Source: Myxococcota bacterium (GTDB lineage: Bacteria > Myxococcota > JACRCW01). Taken from it: a DNA stretch of 22,566 nucleotides. Where the stretch lies: contig JBFMGU010000173.1 in NCBI GenBank assembly GCA_040752415.1, forward strand, positions 1 through 22,566. The letters are read 5' to 3'. Shown one piece after another: positions 1 to 8,903 of the stretch. Within the stretch, counting starts at the first letter, position 1, and every line of letters starts with the position of its first letter. The notes under the pieces are model-generated. The model was not told the origin of the DNA, did not search any database, and worked only from the letters and a program-made list of their open reading frames with translations. A program made the position numbers and the translations under genes.

Positions 1-2
1 CT

Positions 3-1814
3 CCCGCCCCCGCAGAGCCTGTCCCGACGCCGGCACCGGCCCCCGCCGCCCCCGAGCCCGCCCCGCCGGCACGGGACACGCGCGGCACCACGCCCCCGGT
101 GTTCGGCGGTCAGGCGGAGATTGCCAAGCCGGGGCCCGGCGCGTTCCTCAGCGACTTCGTCGACACGCGCATCACCTTTGGTCTCACCGACGACGACTTC
201 CTTTCCGACGCCGGCCGCACCACGCCCTCCAGCCCCATCCTGGACTTCGGTCCTCGTCGTGGGAATGAGACGTTCTTCAACAACCTGGACCGTCGCGACA
301 CGCTGCGTGAGACGCTGACCCACCTGGTCATCTACCGCCGCATGCCCGGCTACTTCTGGGGCGTGGACACCGAAGCGGCGATTGTGGCGCGCTTTGCGTT
401 CTTCGCCGACCAGGACAGCGGCCGCCTCAACCAGAGCTTCCGTGACGACGGAACGTACCTGCGCACCAGCTGGTACCCGTTCGGCGACACCAGCAACCCC
501 GACGACCTGAAGTTCGAAGGCACGTTCTACCCGTTCAACACGGTGCGCTACCGCCTGGGCTACCTCTACGACATCACCTGGGGCGGTCCGGAGATCTTCC
601 CCAGCCGTGGCGTGGCGGCGCCGGGTGCCAAGCTGCAGGTCAGCTACAACAAGTGGCGCTGGCTCGGCGGGTACGCGTACTTCGGCGCCAAGACCGCGCG
701 CCTCCTCGACGAGCGCATCAACGAAATCCAGGCCAACTGGGGCGGGCTGGGCGGCGCGGGCGTGGACATTGCGCGGGTCTTCTCCCTCGAGGGTGGCGCC
801 GGCTTCTTCCAGCGCGGCACCAACCCGCTGACGGGCGTGGAGGGAGAGCCGGTGTACGGCTACGGCGGCAGCGCGCGTGCCTTGCTGCACCTCAACCAGC
901 CGCGCGTGGAGAGCCTGGATTTCCGACTCATGCGCAATGACCTGGGCACCGCCAACTTCTTCCTGCAGAACAAGCCGTGGAAGAGCACCTGGGCGTTCAC
1001 GCTGGCGGCGGAAGGCACGTGGCTGCAGCAGACCCTGCAGGACCCGGACAACCTCACCAGCACCCTGCGCCAGAACGCGCGCGCCGCGGCCCTGAGCGCC
1101 CGCCTGAAGCTCTGGTACTTCCAGGCCAGCGCCGACGCCATCGTGCGTGACCTGGCGTTCGTGCTGTTCAACCGGCCCGGCTTCGTGCCGTTCCAGGCGT
1201 TCCCCGGTGATAGCCGTCGTGACCGCATTGACACGTTTGCCGAAGGCGAGTGTCCGTTCGGCATCACCGGCGTGGGGCCGTGCCAGAGCAAGCTGGCGTC
1301 CAATGTGCAGCCGGAGGTGCTGCTGGCGGCGGGCATCAGCGCGTACATCCCGGTGGTGCGTCTGACGCCGGCGCTCATCGTCGGTGTGCAGAAGCCGGCC
1401 ACGTTCCAGGGCTACCTGCCGGAGACCATTGCCAACAACGGCGTGCCCGACCAGCGCGGTAGCCAGACCGTGGTGGTGCGGAATGCGCAGGATGTCGACG
1501 TGCTGCCCTGCGCGCGTTACGGCGAGACGCAGGCGGGCGGCGAGCGGCTGTGCGAGGAACCCTCCATGGTGACCCCCATCTTCTCGACGAGACTGGCGCT
1601 GAAGTGGGACCTCTCCGACCTCACCAGCATCCTCGCTGAGCAGGTCATCACCGTGGACCGCAACCGCACCGAGCTCATCAATGACGTCGAGGGACAGAAC
1701 ACCACGCGGCGCGCGTTCTATGAGGCGGATGCGCCGCTGCTGTTGCGTGACCTCGGCGCGCCCTCGCTGCCGGTGAAGTGGGGCGGTGGCCTGTACGTGC
1801 AGGCGCGTTTCTGA
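3..1814 (+). CDS. Putative outer-membrane beta-barrel protein, 5'-truncated by the window edge
   Basis: The frame is open from position 3 (PAPAEPVPTPAPAPAAPEPAPP, a Pro/Ala linker), so the true start lies upstream of the window. Aromatic/Gly-rich alternating strands and a C-terminal GGGLYVQARF ending in Phe fit the BAM beta-signal pattern. GC3-rich codons. Confidence 0.7.
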   Translation, partial: PAPAEPVPTPAPAPAAPEPAPPARDTRGTTPPVFGGQAEIAKPGPGAFLSDFVDTRITFGLTDDDFLSDAGRTTPSSPILDFGPRRGNETFFNNLDRRDTLRETLTHLVIYRRMPGYFWGVDTEAAIVARFAFFADQDSGRLNQSFRDDGTYLRTSWYPFGDTSNPDDLKFEGTFYPFNTVRYRLGYLYDITWGGPEIFPSRGVAAPGAKLQVSYNKWRWLGGYAYFGAKTARLLDERINEIQANWGGLGGAGVDIARVFSLEGGAGFFQRGTNPLTGVEGEPVYGYGGSARALLHLNQPRVESLDFRLMRNDLGTANFFLQNKPWKSTWAFTLAAEGTWLQQTLQDPDNLTSTLRQNARAAALSARLKLWYFQASADAIVRDLAFVLFNRPGFVPFQAFPGDSRRDRIDTFAEGECPFGITGVGPCQSKLASNVQPEVLLAAGISAYIPVVRLTPALIVGVQKPATFQGYLPETIANNGVPDQRGSQTVVVRNAQDVDVLPCARYGETQAGGERLCEEPSMVTPIFSTRLALKWDLSDLTSILAEQVITVDRNRTELINDVEGQNTTRRAFYEADAPLLLRDLGAPSLPVKWGGGLYVQARF

Positions 1815-1817
1815 GCG

Positions 1818-2834
1818 TCACGTCACGAAGTAGCGGATGATCATCACCGTGCCCGGCGCCGGGCGCGAGTCCTGCTCGAACACCACGCTCTGCAGCTCCG
1901 CGTCGTAGGACCAGCCGGTGGCGACCTCGGTCTCGCGGCCCACGTTGTCCACGAAGAACACGCCGACACGCTCGCCATGGGGCGGCCGGGAGAGGCGGAA
2001 GCGGCCTGTTCCGTCGGAGACCTCGCGCGCCAGGTGCTCCGCGAGCGTGGCGTAGCTCTCACAGCAGATGGGAATCAGCAGGCCCGCCGTCTCGTCGGCC
2101 ATGGTGATGTATTCCGTGCCCACCGTGGCAATGCCGGGACACTCCTGCGCGGAAAGGCCCACCACGCCGTGAATCACCGCGCCTCGCAACACCGACGGGG
2201 GCGAGAGCTGGTTGAGGAACTCCGTGGCGGGCATGTACGCGTTGTCGTCGGTGACGAACACAATGGACTTGCGAGCGCCGGGGCGCAGGAAGCTTGCGAA
2301 CTGCGGCAGCTCCCGCAGCAGGACGTCCGGGCCATCCGTGCTCTGCACCTCCGCGTCGACGTGCTTGAAGCGCGCGCTATCCGCGCATCCCGGTCCGGCC
2401 AGCGGCTCCGGGACGCAGATGGCCGTGTTGTAGTAGCCGCCACCCTGCCCCTTCTGGGTGACCATCACCACGCGGATGTCCAATCCCGACGACACCACGC
2501 GCTCCGCAAACGTGTTGATGTTCTGCTGCACACCCGAGTTCTCGTCGAGCATTGAGTAGGAATTGTCGATGACCCAGATGACGTCGACGGAATCCTGCCA
2601 GGTGAAACGCTCCTCGCACCCGTAGCCCAGCTCAAGCTGCTCGGTGCACACGTTGTCACCGCCGGAGCCGCCCCGGCCGCGCTCCCCGGAGCAATGCAGC
2701 GGCGCGTCGGTGGTGGTGCACTCGGCCGGGTCGGTGGGGAGGCCCTGGCAGGGTTGCTGGCCGCTGGCGAGGGGGTCACATGCCCACGCGCACAACAGCG
2801 CCCACCCGACGAATCCCGGAGTCCCACGCGCCAT
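1818..2834 (-). CDS. vWA-domain (MIDAS) putative lipoprotein, paralog 2
   Basis: 338 aa. Hydrophobic N-terminus ending LLCAWAC (lipobox-like), Cys-rich segment, DVIWVIDNSYSM (DxSxS MIDAS) and IVFVTDD. Collinear similarity to 2877..3899. Confidence 0.8.
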   Translation of the reverse strand: MARGTPGFVGWALLCAWACDPLASGQQPCQGLPTDPAECTTTDAPLHCSGERGRGGSGGDNVCTEQLELGYGCEERFTWQDSVDVIWVIDNSYSMLDENSGVQQNINTFAERVVSSGLDIRVVMVTQKGQGGGYYNTAICVPEPLAGPGCADSARFKHVDAEVQSTDGPDVLLRELPQFASFLRPGARKSIVFVTDDNAYMPATEFLNQLSPPSVLRGAVIHGVVGLSAQECPGIATVGTEYITMADETAGLLIPICCESYATLAEHLAREVSDGTGRFRLSRPPHGERVGVFFVDNVGRETEVATGWSYDAELQSVVFEQDSRPAPGTVMIIRYFVT

Positions 2835-2876
2835 GGAGGAAGCGTGCCGTGGGGATCGGGCCGTGTCGAGGGGGAT

Positions 2877-3899
2877 TCAGGAGGTGAAATAGCGGATGAT
2901 CACCCGCGTTCCCGCTTCTGGTCGTGCGGCTTCCTCGAACACCACGCTGCGCAGCGCAGGGTCGTAGGCCCACCCTTCGGTGACCTCCACGCGACGGCCT
3001 TCGTCGTCCTCGAAGAACACCTCCACGGTGGCCTCGTTGGGCACGCGGCTGAGCGGGAAGCGCGCGTTGTTGGCCGCCACCTCCTCGCCCAGGGCCTGCG
3101 CGAGACGGTCGTAGCTGTCGCAGCAGATGGGGATGAGCAGGCCGCGCGTCTGACTGGCCATCAGCTCATACTCCACGCCCTCGGCCGCAATGCTGCGACA
3201 GTCCAGCTTGGACATGCCAATGACGCCGTGGATGGTCACCCCGGTCATCATGGGATCCATCCACAGCTCATTGAGGAACGCGTTGGCGCCGAGGCGCGCG
3301 TTGTCGTCGGTGACAAAGATGATGGACTTGCGGGCGCCGTCCCGCAGCTTGTCGCGGAAGTCCGGCAGCTTGGCCAGGAGGATGTCTGGCGGATTGTTGG
3401 AGCCCACTTCCACGTCGACGTGGTGGAAGATCTCCGTGTCCCCGCACCGCGCCGAGGCAAGCGGTTCCGGCGCGCAGATCTCATTCACCTGGCCCACACG
3501 GTGGCCGCGCTTGGTCACGAACACCACGCGGAAATCCAGCCCCGACGCCGCGACCCGCTCCGCGAAGGCGTTGATGTTCGCGCGGATGCCCTCGATCTCG
3601 TCGGTCATGGACGCGGAGTTGTCGATGACCCAGATGGTGTCCGCGCCATTGGACTGCACAAACTGCTCCTCACACGACTGCACCAGCTCCGTGGCCTGAA
3701 CGCACTCGGGGACGTTGGCATTGGGCGCCGCGGCTCCGGGGTCACCTTCCCCGCGCACGAGCCCGCACGCGAGAGGACGTGCTCCCGCGTCGGACTTGCA
3801 GACCCGGATGCCCAGCCCATCACAGACATCCGTGACGGTGAGTTCCTGGCAGCCCAGCAACGGAAGCAAAACGACGACGAGGAAGGAACGGGCGCGCAT
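2877..3899 (-). CDS. vWA-domain (MIDAS) putative lipoprotein, paralog 1
   Basis: 340 aa. MRARSFLVVVLLPLLGC is a signal peptide II with lipobox. DTIWVIDNSASM and IIFVTDD motifs. GGAGG Shine-Dalgarno upstream of the ATG at 3899. Confidence 0.85.
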   Translation of the reverse strand: MRARSFLVVVLLPLLGCQELTVTDVCDGLGIRVCKSDAGARPLACGLVRGEGDPGAAAPNANVPECVQATELVQSCEEQFVQSNGADTIWVIDNSASMTDEIEGIRANINAFAERVAASGLDFRVVFVTKRGHRVGQVNEICAPEPLASARCGDTEIFHHVDVEVGSNNPPDILLAKLPDFRDKLRDGARKSIIFVTDDNARLGANAFLNELWMDPMMTGVTIHGVIGMSKLDCRSIAAEGVEYELMASQTRGLLIPICCDSYDRLAQALGEEVAANNARFPLSRVPNEATVEVFFEDDEGRRVEVTEGWAYDPALRSVVFEEAARPEAGTRVIIRYFTS

Positions 3900-4073
3900 T
3901 CGGGAACGCCACCTCCACCGTGGGATAGATAACGTTCCGCAACACGTTTGCTTGTCGGATGCGCCGTGCCGGACTCACGCGCGTGAGAACCCGGATTCCC
4001 TGAAGGCCAGCGTGTGTCGACGAGCGACGCGGCAACACTCCACGCCGCAGCGCACCCGGCCAGCCGATGCGCG

Positions 4074-4790
4074 CTATGCGGACTCCGCGCTCGACGTGGT
4101 CACGGCGGGCACCTCATCCGTCCAGAGGCCAAGCCGCGTGGGCGCGTCCAGCTCCTTGCGCAGCACCTCCAGGTAGCGCTCCCGGGGCCATTCCTCCGCG
4201 CCCAGGTTGAGCGTGTGGTGATTTGCCACCTGGCAATCCACGACGGAGAAGCCCCAGCCGCGCAGACGCTCCACCAGCGCCACCATGGCCACCTTGGACG
4301 CATCCGGGCGCAGCGTGAACATGGACTCGCCGAAGAACATGTGGCCAATGGACACGCCGTAGAGGCCGCCGGCCAGGCCCTGCTCGTCGTACGCCTCCAC
4401 GGAATGCGCGTATCCCAGCTCGTGCAGTTGGGTGTACGCGCGCTCCATGTCGCCGGTGATCCACGTGCCGTCCTGGCCGGGCCGCGGCGCCTTCTTGCAC
4501 GCGCGGATGACGTCACGGAACGCGGTATCAAAGCGCACCTGGTACGTGCCGCGCTTGATGGTCTTGCGCAGGGAGCGGTTGACGTTGAGCGCCTCCGCGC
4601 GGAGCACGCAGCGCGGGTCCGGGGAGTGCCAGATGATGGGAATGCCCTCGTGGTACCAGGGGAAGATTCCCCGACGGTACGCCAGCAGCAGGCGCTCCGG
4701 GCGCAGGTCCCCGCCCACGGCGAGCACACCGTCCTCCGCGTGCTCCACCGGCGGGAAGATGAGGTCTTTCGTGAGTCGGTAGATGGGCAT
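4074..4790 (-). CDS. aat: Leucyl/phenylalanyl-tRNA--protein transferase (N-degron pathway)
   Basis: FPP...DGVLAVGGDLRPERLLLAYRRGIFPWY, WHSPDPR, GTWIT, GYAHSVE, LAGGLYGV, FFGESMF, DASKVA and DCQ are the characteristic Aat motifs. Start reassigned to the ATG at 4790 (MPIYRL, 238 aa). Confidence 0.95.
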   Translation of the reverse strand: MPIYRLTKDLIFPPVEHAEDGVLAVGGDLRPERLLLAYRRGIFPWYHEGIPIIWHSPDPRCVLRAEALNVNRSLRKTIKRGTYQVRFDTAFRDVIRACKKAPRPGQDGTWITGDMERAYTQLHELGYAHSVEAYDEQGLAGGLYGVSIGHMFFGESMFTLRPDASKVAMVALVERLRGWGFSVVDCQVANHHTLNLGAEEWPRERYLEVLRKELDAPTRLGLWTDEVPAVTTSSAESA

Positions 4791-4942
4791 GCCTGCTTCA
4801 GGGGCCGGCGCGGGCCGGTGAGCGCATTGTAGCGCGGGACGAACCGGCACACATATCCCGACGTCTCCACCGCGACGTGGGCACGAGCAGGAGCGGTTCT
4901 CCAAGACCACGGCGGCGGTGTTTGTGTAAGCTCGCGCGCGCC

Positions 4943-7324
4943 ATGACCGGCACCCAGATCATCGGCAGCATCTCCAGCACCGACCACCCCGTGGCGTTCG
5001 GCAAGTACCGCGTGTTGACGCTGCTGGGCTCCGGCGGATTTGGCAGCGTGTACAAGTGCCACGACGAGGCATTGGGCCGCGACGTTGCGGTCAAGGCGCT
5101 CAGCCCGGAGGTGCGCGACCAGCAGGACCTGCGGGAACGCTTCCTGCGCGAGGCGCGCGCGCTGGCGCGGGTGAGCCATCCCTGCGTGGTGCAGGTCTTC
5201 GACGTGGGGGAAGCGGAGACGGGCCCGTTCTTCGTCATGGAGCTGGTGGGCGGGCGCGACCTGTCCCGCGTGCTGGCCGAGGAGGGACCGCTGCCGGAGA
5301 AGCGCGTGCTGCAGCTGTGTCGACAGGCGGTGACGGGGTTGCAGGCCGCCTGGGCCGCGGGCGTGGTCCACCGGGACATCAAGCCGGCAAACCTGCTGGT
5401 GAGCGGTCGCGCGCCGCAGGAGCAGGTGAAGGTCAGTGACTTTGGCGTGGCCTACCCGCAGGGCCGGGAGAGCGACCGCCTCACCGCCCCGACGACGATC
5501 CTGGGCACGCCGGAGTACATCAGCCCGGAACAGGCGCGCGCCGGGGAGGTGGATTTCCGCGCGGACATGTACTCGCTGGGCTGCTCCATGTTCGAGCTGC
5601 TCACGGGGAGCGTGCCCTTCTCCGCCGCCACGCCGCAGGCCCTGATTGCCGCGCACCTCACGCAGGCCCCGGAGCCCCCACGCGTGCGCGTGCCCACGCT
5701 CTCGGCGGCGGTGAACAACATGGTGGTGCGCCTGCTGAGCAAGGAGGCCAGCGCGCGCTACGCGAGCTATGACGAGCTGCTGAACGCCATGGACGTGGCA
5801 CTCAACCAGACCGCATCCCTCACCGTCCCCATCAGCGCGCCCTTGAGCCAACCCAACACCTCACCCCTCCCCAACGTGATGCGCGTGGACAGCGGCTCCA
5901 CGTCGGTGCAGACGGAGAACCTGGCCATCTGCTTCGTGGAGCTGCTGGACTTTGATGAGCGCGTGCGCCAGCAGACCCGCGCCGAGAACGAGGAATGGAC
6001 GGGCACGTTCTCCGACGGGATGAAGCGACTCATCCGCAGTCGTGGCGGGCGGTTCATCAAGCAGGTCTACGGCACGGTGCTCTGCACCTTCGGCTCCCCC
6101 ACCGACGCGGTGCTCTTTGGCATGAGCTGCGCGGACTCCGCGTGGGAATGGTCCCGCGGGAAGCCGCCAGAGATGAGCTACCGGCTGCGCGTGGGCGTCA
6201 ACATGGGCGAGGTGCGCGTGGACCGCGGGGACATCTTTGGTGACCCGGTCAACGTGGCGGCGCGCGTGATGGCGCAGGCGGAGCCGGGCCAGGTGTATTT
6301 CTCCGACGCCGTCTACCTGGCCATGAACCGCAGCGAGGTGGAGACGGAGTCCATGGGCGCGCGGGAGCTGAAAGGCGTGCCCGTGCCGGTGCGCATCTTC
6401 AAGGCGTTGCCGCGCAAGGGCCACACGCCTGGAGAGAACGTGGTGCCCTTTGGCGTGGGCAGCGCCGTCCCCTCGACGAGCGGGGGCATGGAAGCGCTCA
6501 AGGCCATCGACGCTGGGGCGCGCGCGGTGGTGGGCACCGTGGGCGCGGCAGTGACCGGCGCGCGCAAGGTGGGCGGTGCGTTGGCGCCGGTGGCCAGCGC
6601 CACGGGCACGGTGGCCAAGGGGCTGTGGCAGCGCATCCCCGGGCGCCATCGCAAGAAGATCGCGGTGGGCGTTCCCGGCGTGGTGCTGCTGGGCGTGCTG
6701 GCGGTGGGTGTCCCGCGCTGGACGGACCCGTACCGTCGGGAGATTGCGCTGTTGGAGGAGGGAAAGGCCGCGGCAGCGGCGCGGGCGCTGGAGACGCGGG
6801 CCCCGGAGATGCCGCGGGCGCAGTGGTTGTACGCCAAGGCGCTGCTGGCCAGCGGGAAACCCTCCGACTGCCTGCGGGAGCTGGACGAGGCGCTCACCCG
6901 CGACGCCAAGCTGGCCCACGACGAGTCGTTCCGCATGGCCGCCGGCGCGCTGGACGTGAAGGACAAGCTGGCCACCAGGATCCTGGTGAAGCACTTCGGC
7001 ATCCGGTTCCGCGACGAGATGAAGGAGCTGACCACGTCGGAGCGCTACTGGGTGCGCCACCACGCCGCCGACGCGCTGGAGGAGCTGAACCTGGAGTCCG
7101 ACGTGGACCAGGTGGCGCTGGGACTCAAGGACATCCGCGTGGAGACGGAGTGCAGTCGTCGACGGGAGGGCATCCGCATCATCGAGGATGAGGGCACGGA
7201 GAAGGCGCTGGCCGCGCTGGGCGCCGCGCGCGACGACCCGGGTGGTGATCCCGGCTGCGTCTCCGACGCCCTGAACAGCGCCGAGCGGCGACTCAAGAAG
7301 AAGCTGGGCGCAGGCAAGCCGTAG
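4943..7324 (+). CDS. Hanks-type Ser/Thr protein kinase fused to a degenerate class III adenylate/guanylate cyclase domain, a TM helix and a TPR/HEAT-like C-terminus
   Basis: Kinase motifs GSGGFGSV, VAVK, HRDIKPAN, DFG, GTPEYISPE, ADMYSLG. Cyclase motifs LRVGVNMGEV, DIFGDPVNVAARV, LKGVPVPVRIF. TM segment IAVGVPGVVLLGVLAVGV follows RHRKK. Start taken at the ATG at 4943 (MTGTQ). Confidence 0.9.
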   Translation: MTGTQIIGSISSTDHPVAFGKYRVLTLLGSGGFGSVYKCHDEALGRDVAVKALSPEVRDQQDLRERFLREARALARVSHPCVVQVFDVGEAETGPFFVMELVGGRDLSRVLAEEGPLPEKRVLQLCRQAVTGLQAAWAAGVVHRDIKPANLLVSGRAPQEQVKVSDFGVAYPQGRESDRLTAPTTILGTPEYISPEQARAGEVDFRADMYSLGCSMFELLTGSVPFSAATPQALIAAHLTQAPEPPRVRVPTLSAAVNNMVVRLLSKEASARYASYDELLNAMDVALNQTASLTVPISAPLSQPNTSPLPNVMRVDSGSTSVQTENLAICFVELLDFDERVRQQTRAENEEWTGTFSDGMKRLIRSRGGRFIKQVYGTVLCTFGSPTDAVLFGMSCADSAWEWSRGKPPEMSYRLRVGVNMGEVRVDRGDIFGDPVNVAARVMAQAEPGQVYFSDAVYLAMNRSEVETESMGARELKGVPVPVRIFKALPRKGHTPGENVVPFGVGSAVPSTSGGMEALKAIDAGARAVVGTVGAAVTGARKVGGALAPVASATGTVAKGLWQRIPGRHRKKIAVGVPGVVLLGVLAVGVPRWTDPYRREIALLEEGKAAAAARALETRAPEMPRAQWLYAKALLASGKPSDCLRELDEALTRDAKLAHDESFRMAAGALDVKDKLATRILVKHFGIRFRDEMKELTTSERYWVRHHAADALEELNLESDVDQVALGLKDIRVETECSRRREGIRIIEDEGTEKALAALGAARDDPGGDPGCVSDALNSAERRLKKKLGAGKP

Positions 7325-7435
7325 CGGCATCACCGACGTTCCGACGCGGCTTTGTGACGGCATCACCGTGGACGCAGGTTGACCGCGGGACCGGGGATGG
7401 GTACCGCCTGCGGTGTGGCTCTCCCCGAGACCCTC

Positions 7436-8857
7436 ATGGCCGCCGCAGAACCCGGTTCCCCTCGGGTCCCTCCCACGCCGTGGGCAACGCGGCTGCTGAT
7501 TGGCCTGAACGTCCTCGTGTTCATGCTGGAGATGAGCCTCACCGGCGCCACGGCGCTCTATCCCGGCGTCCCGGCGACCGTCCTGATCCGTCTCGGCGCA
7601 AACCATGCTCCCAGCGTCTGGGAAGGCGAGGTGTGGCGGCTGCTTGCCAGTGCGTTCCTGCACGGCAACCTCGTGCACATCGCCCTCAACATGTACGGCC
7701 TGAACATCCTGGGAAGGCTGCTGGAGCCCGTGCTCGGTCGGCTGGGCATCTTGGGCCTCTACGCGGGCAGCGCCATTGTCGGGGCGGCCTCCAGCCTGGC
7801 GTTCAGCGGCGGCGTCTCCGTGGGCGCTTCCGGCGCGGTGTTCGGCTTTGTGGGCGCGCTGCTGGCCTTCACCTGGCTGGCGCGCGACAAGCCGCGGGCT
7901 CGCGTGCTGGCGGAGTCGCTCATCTACATCGTCGTCATCAACCTGGCGCTGGCGTGGTTCATCAACCGCAGCAGCGCGGGCATCCAGATCGACAACTACG
8001 CCCACGTGGGCGGTCTCGTCGGTGGATTCACGTTGGGACTGGGCATGCTGGGCGTGAAGCGGCAGGGCGCGTTCTCGCCCCCGTCGCTGGCGGGGCACCT
8101 GGCCTACGCACTGGTGGTCCTGCTGGTCATGGGCCAGGCCATGCACCCGCGCGACAATCCCGCCTACCACGCCTCCGTGGGCTTCGCCGCGTTGGAGTCC
8201 AGCAAGCTGGCGCTGGCGGAGCGTCACGCCGACACGGGCTTGGTGCTGGACCCCCACGACCCCGCGGTGCTGGCGCTGAAGGTGGCCGTGTGTCGTCGTC
8301 AACATGATGATGAGTGCACCTGGCGCCAGCTCCGCCTCCTCCTCCGGCTGGACCCGTTGCCGGTGCAGGCCGGCGTGCCCCAGGCCAACGCCGCGGAGCT
8401 GCTGGGTGCGCTCAAGGTCTTGGCCTATGAGTGCGTCCGCGCCAAGGACTGGGAGCTGTGCGCGCCGGTGTACGAACGGGCCGTGCAGCTGGTCCCCGAC
8501 GACAAGCACATGGCCAACGGCTACGCGTGGTCGCTGTTGCAGCGCGGTGGGCTGACGCCGGCGGAGAAGCGTGAGGCGCTGGACATGGCGGACCGGGCGC
8601 GTCGACTTGCGGGTGGCCTCGACGGGCAGATCAACCACACCTATGCCGAGGCGCTGCACCAGAACGGCCGCACCGACGAGGCCATCCACCTCCTGGAGCG
8701 CATGCTCGCCGGGGAGCTGGGGGGCGTGGGCTACGCATACCTGTTCCAGCGCGAGGAGGACGGGGAGAAGTTCGACGACGCGTTCCTGCGCAAGGAGATT
8801 GAGCGGATGCGGCGCGAGGCGGCGGGCCGGCACAAGGCCATGGCGCCGGTCCCGTGA
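7436..8857 (+). CDS. Rhomboid family intramembrane serine protease with C-terminal TPR-like domain
   Basis: GEVWRLLASAFLHGNLVHIALNM, catalytic SVGASGAVFG and NYAHVGG, several TM helices, then helical TPR-like repeats (YERAVQLVPDD, YAEALHQNGRTDEAIHLLE). Start uncertain (ATG 7436 chosen; ORF open from 7379). Confidence 0.9.
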   Translation: MAAAEPGSPRVPPTPWATRLLIGLNVLVFMLEMSLTGATALYPGVPATVLIRLGANHAPSVWEGEVWRLLASAFLHGNLVHIALNMYGLNILGRLLEPVLGRLGILGLYAGSAIVGAASSLAFSGGVSVGASGAVFGFVGALLAFTWLARDKPRARVLAESLIYIVVINLALAWFINRSSAGIQIDNYAHVGGLVGGFTLGLGMLGVKRQGAFSPPSLAGHLAYALVVLLVMGQAMHPRDNPAYHASVGFAALESSKLALAERHADTGLVLDPHDPAVLALKVAVCRRQHDDECTWRQLRLLLRLDPLPVQAGVPQANAAELLGALKVLAYECVRAKDWELCAPVYERAVQLVPDDKHMANGYAWSLLQRGGLTPAEKREALDMADRARRLAGGLDGQINHTYAEALHQNGRTDEAIHLLERMLAGELGGVGYAYLFQREEDGEKFDDAFLRKEIERMRREAAGRHKAMAPVP

Positions 8858-8903
8858 CTCAACCCGCGCTGCGACCAGGCTTGCGGGCCAATCCCTCGTC
8901 GGG
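8852..8903. repeat. 52-bp direct repeat, left copy (contains the rhomboid stop codon and a duplicate of the hydrolase 3' end)
   Basis: ccgtgactcaacccgcgctgcgaccAggcttgcgggccaatccctcgtcggg matches 9332..9383 at 51/52 positions, offset exactly 480 bp. Confidence 0.97.

Noticed and set aside
4791..4942. Longer ORF-track starts for aat (4910) and the kinase (4877)
   Set aside because: The extensions overlap head-to-head and look non-coding; family similarity begins at 4790 and just after 4943.
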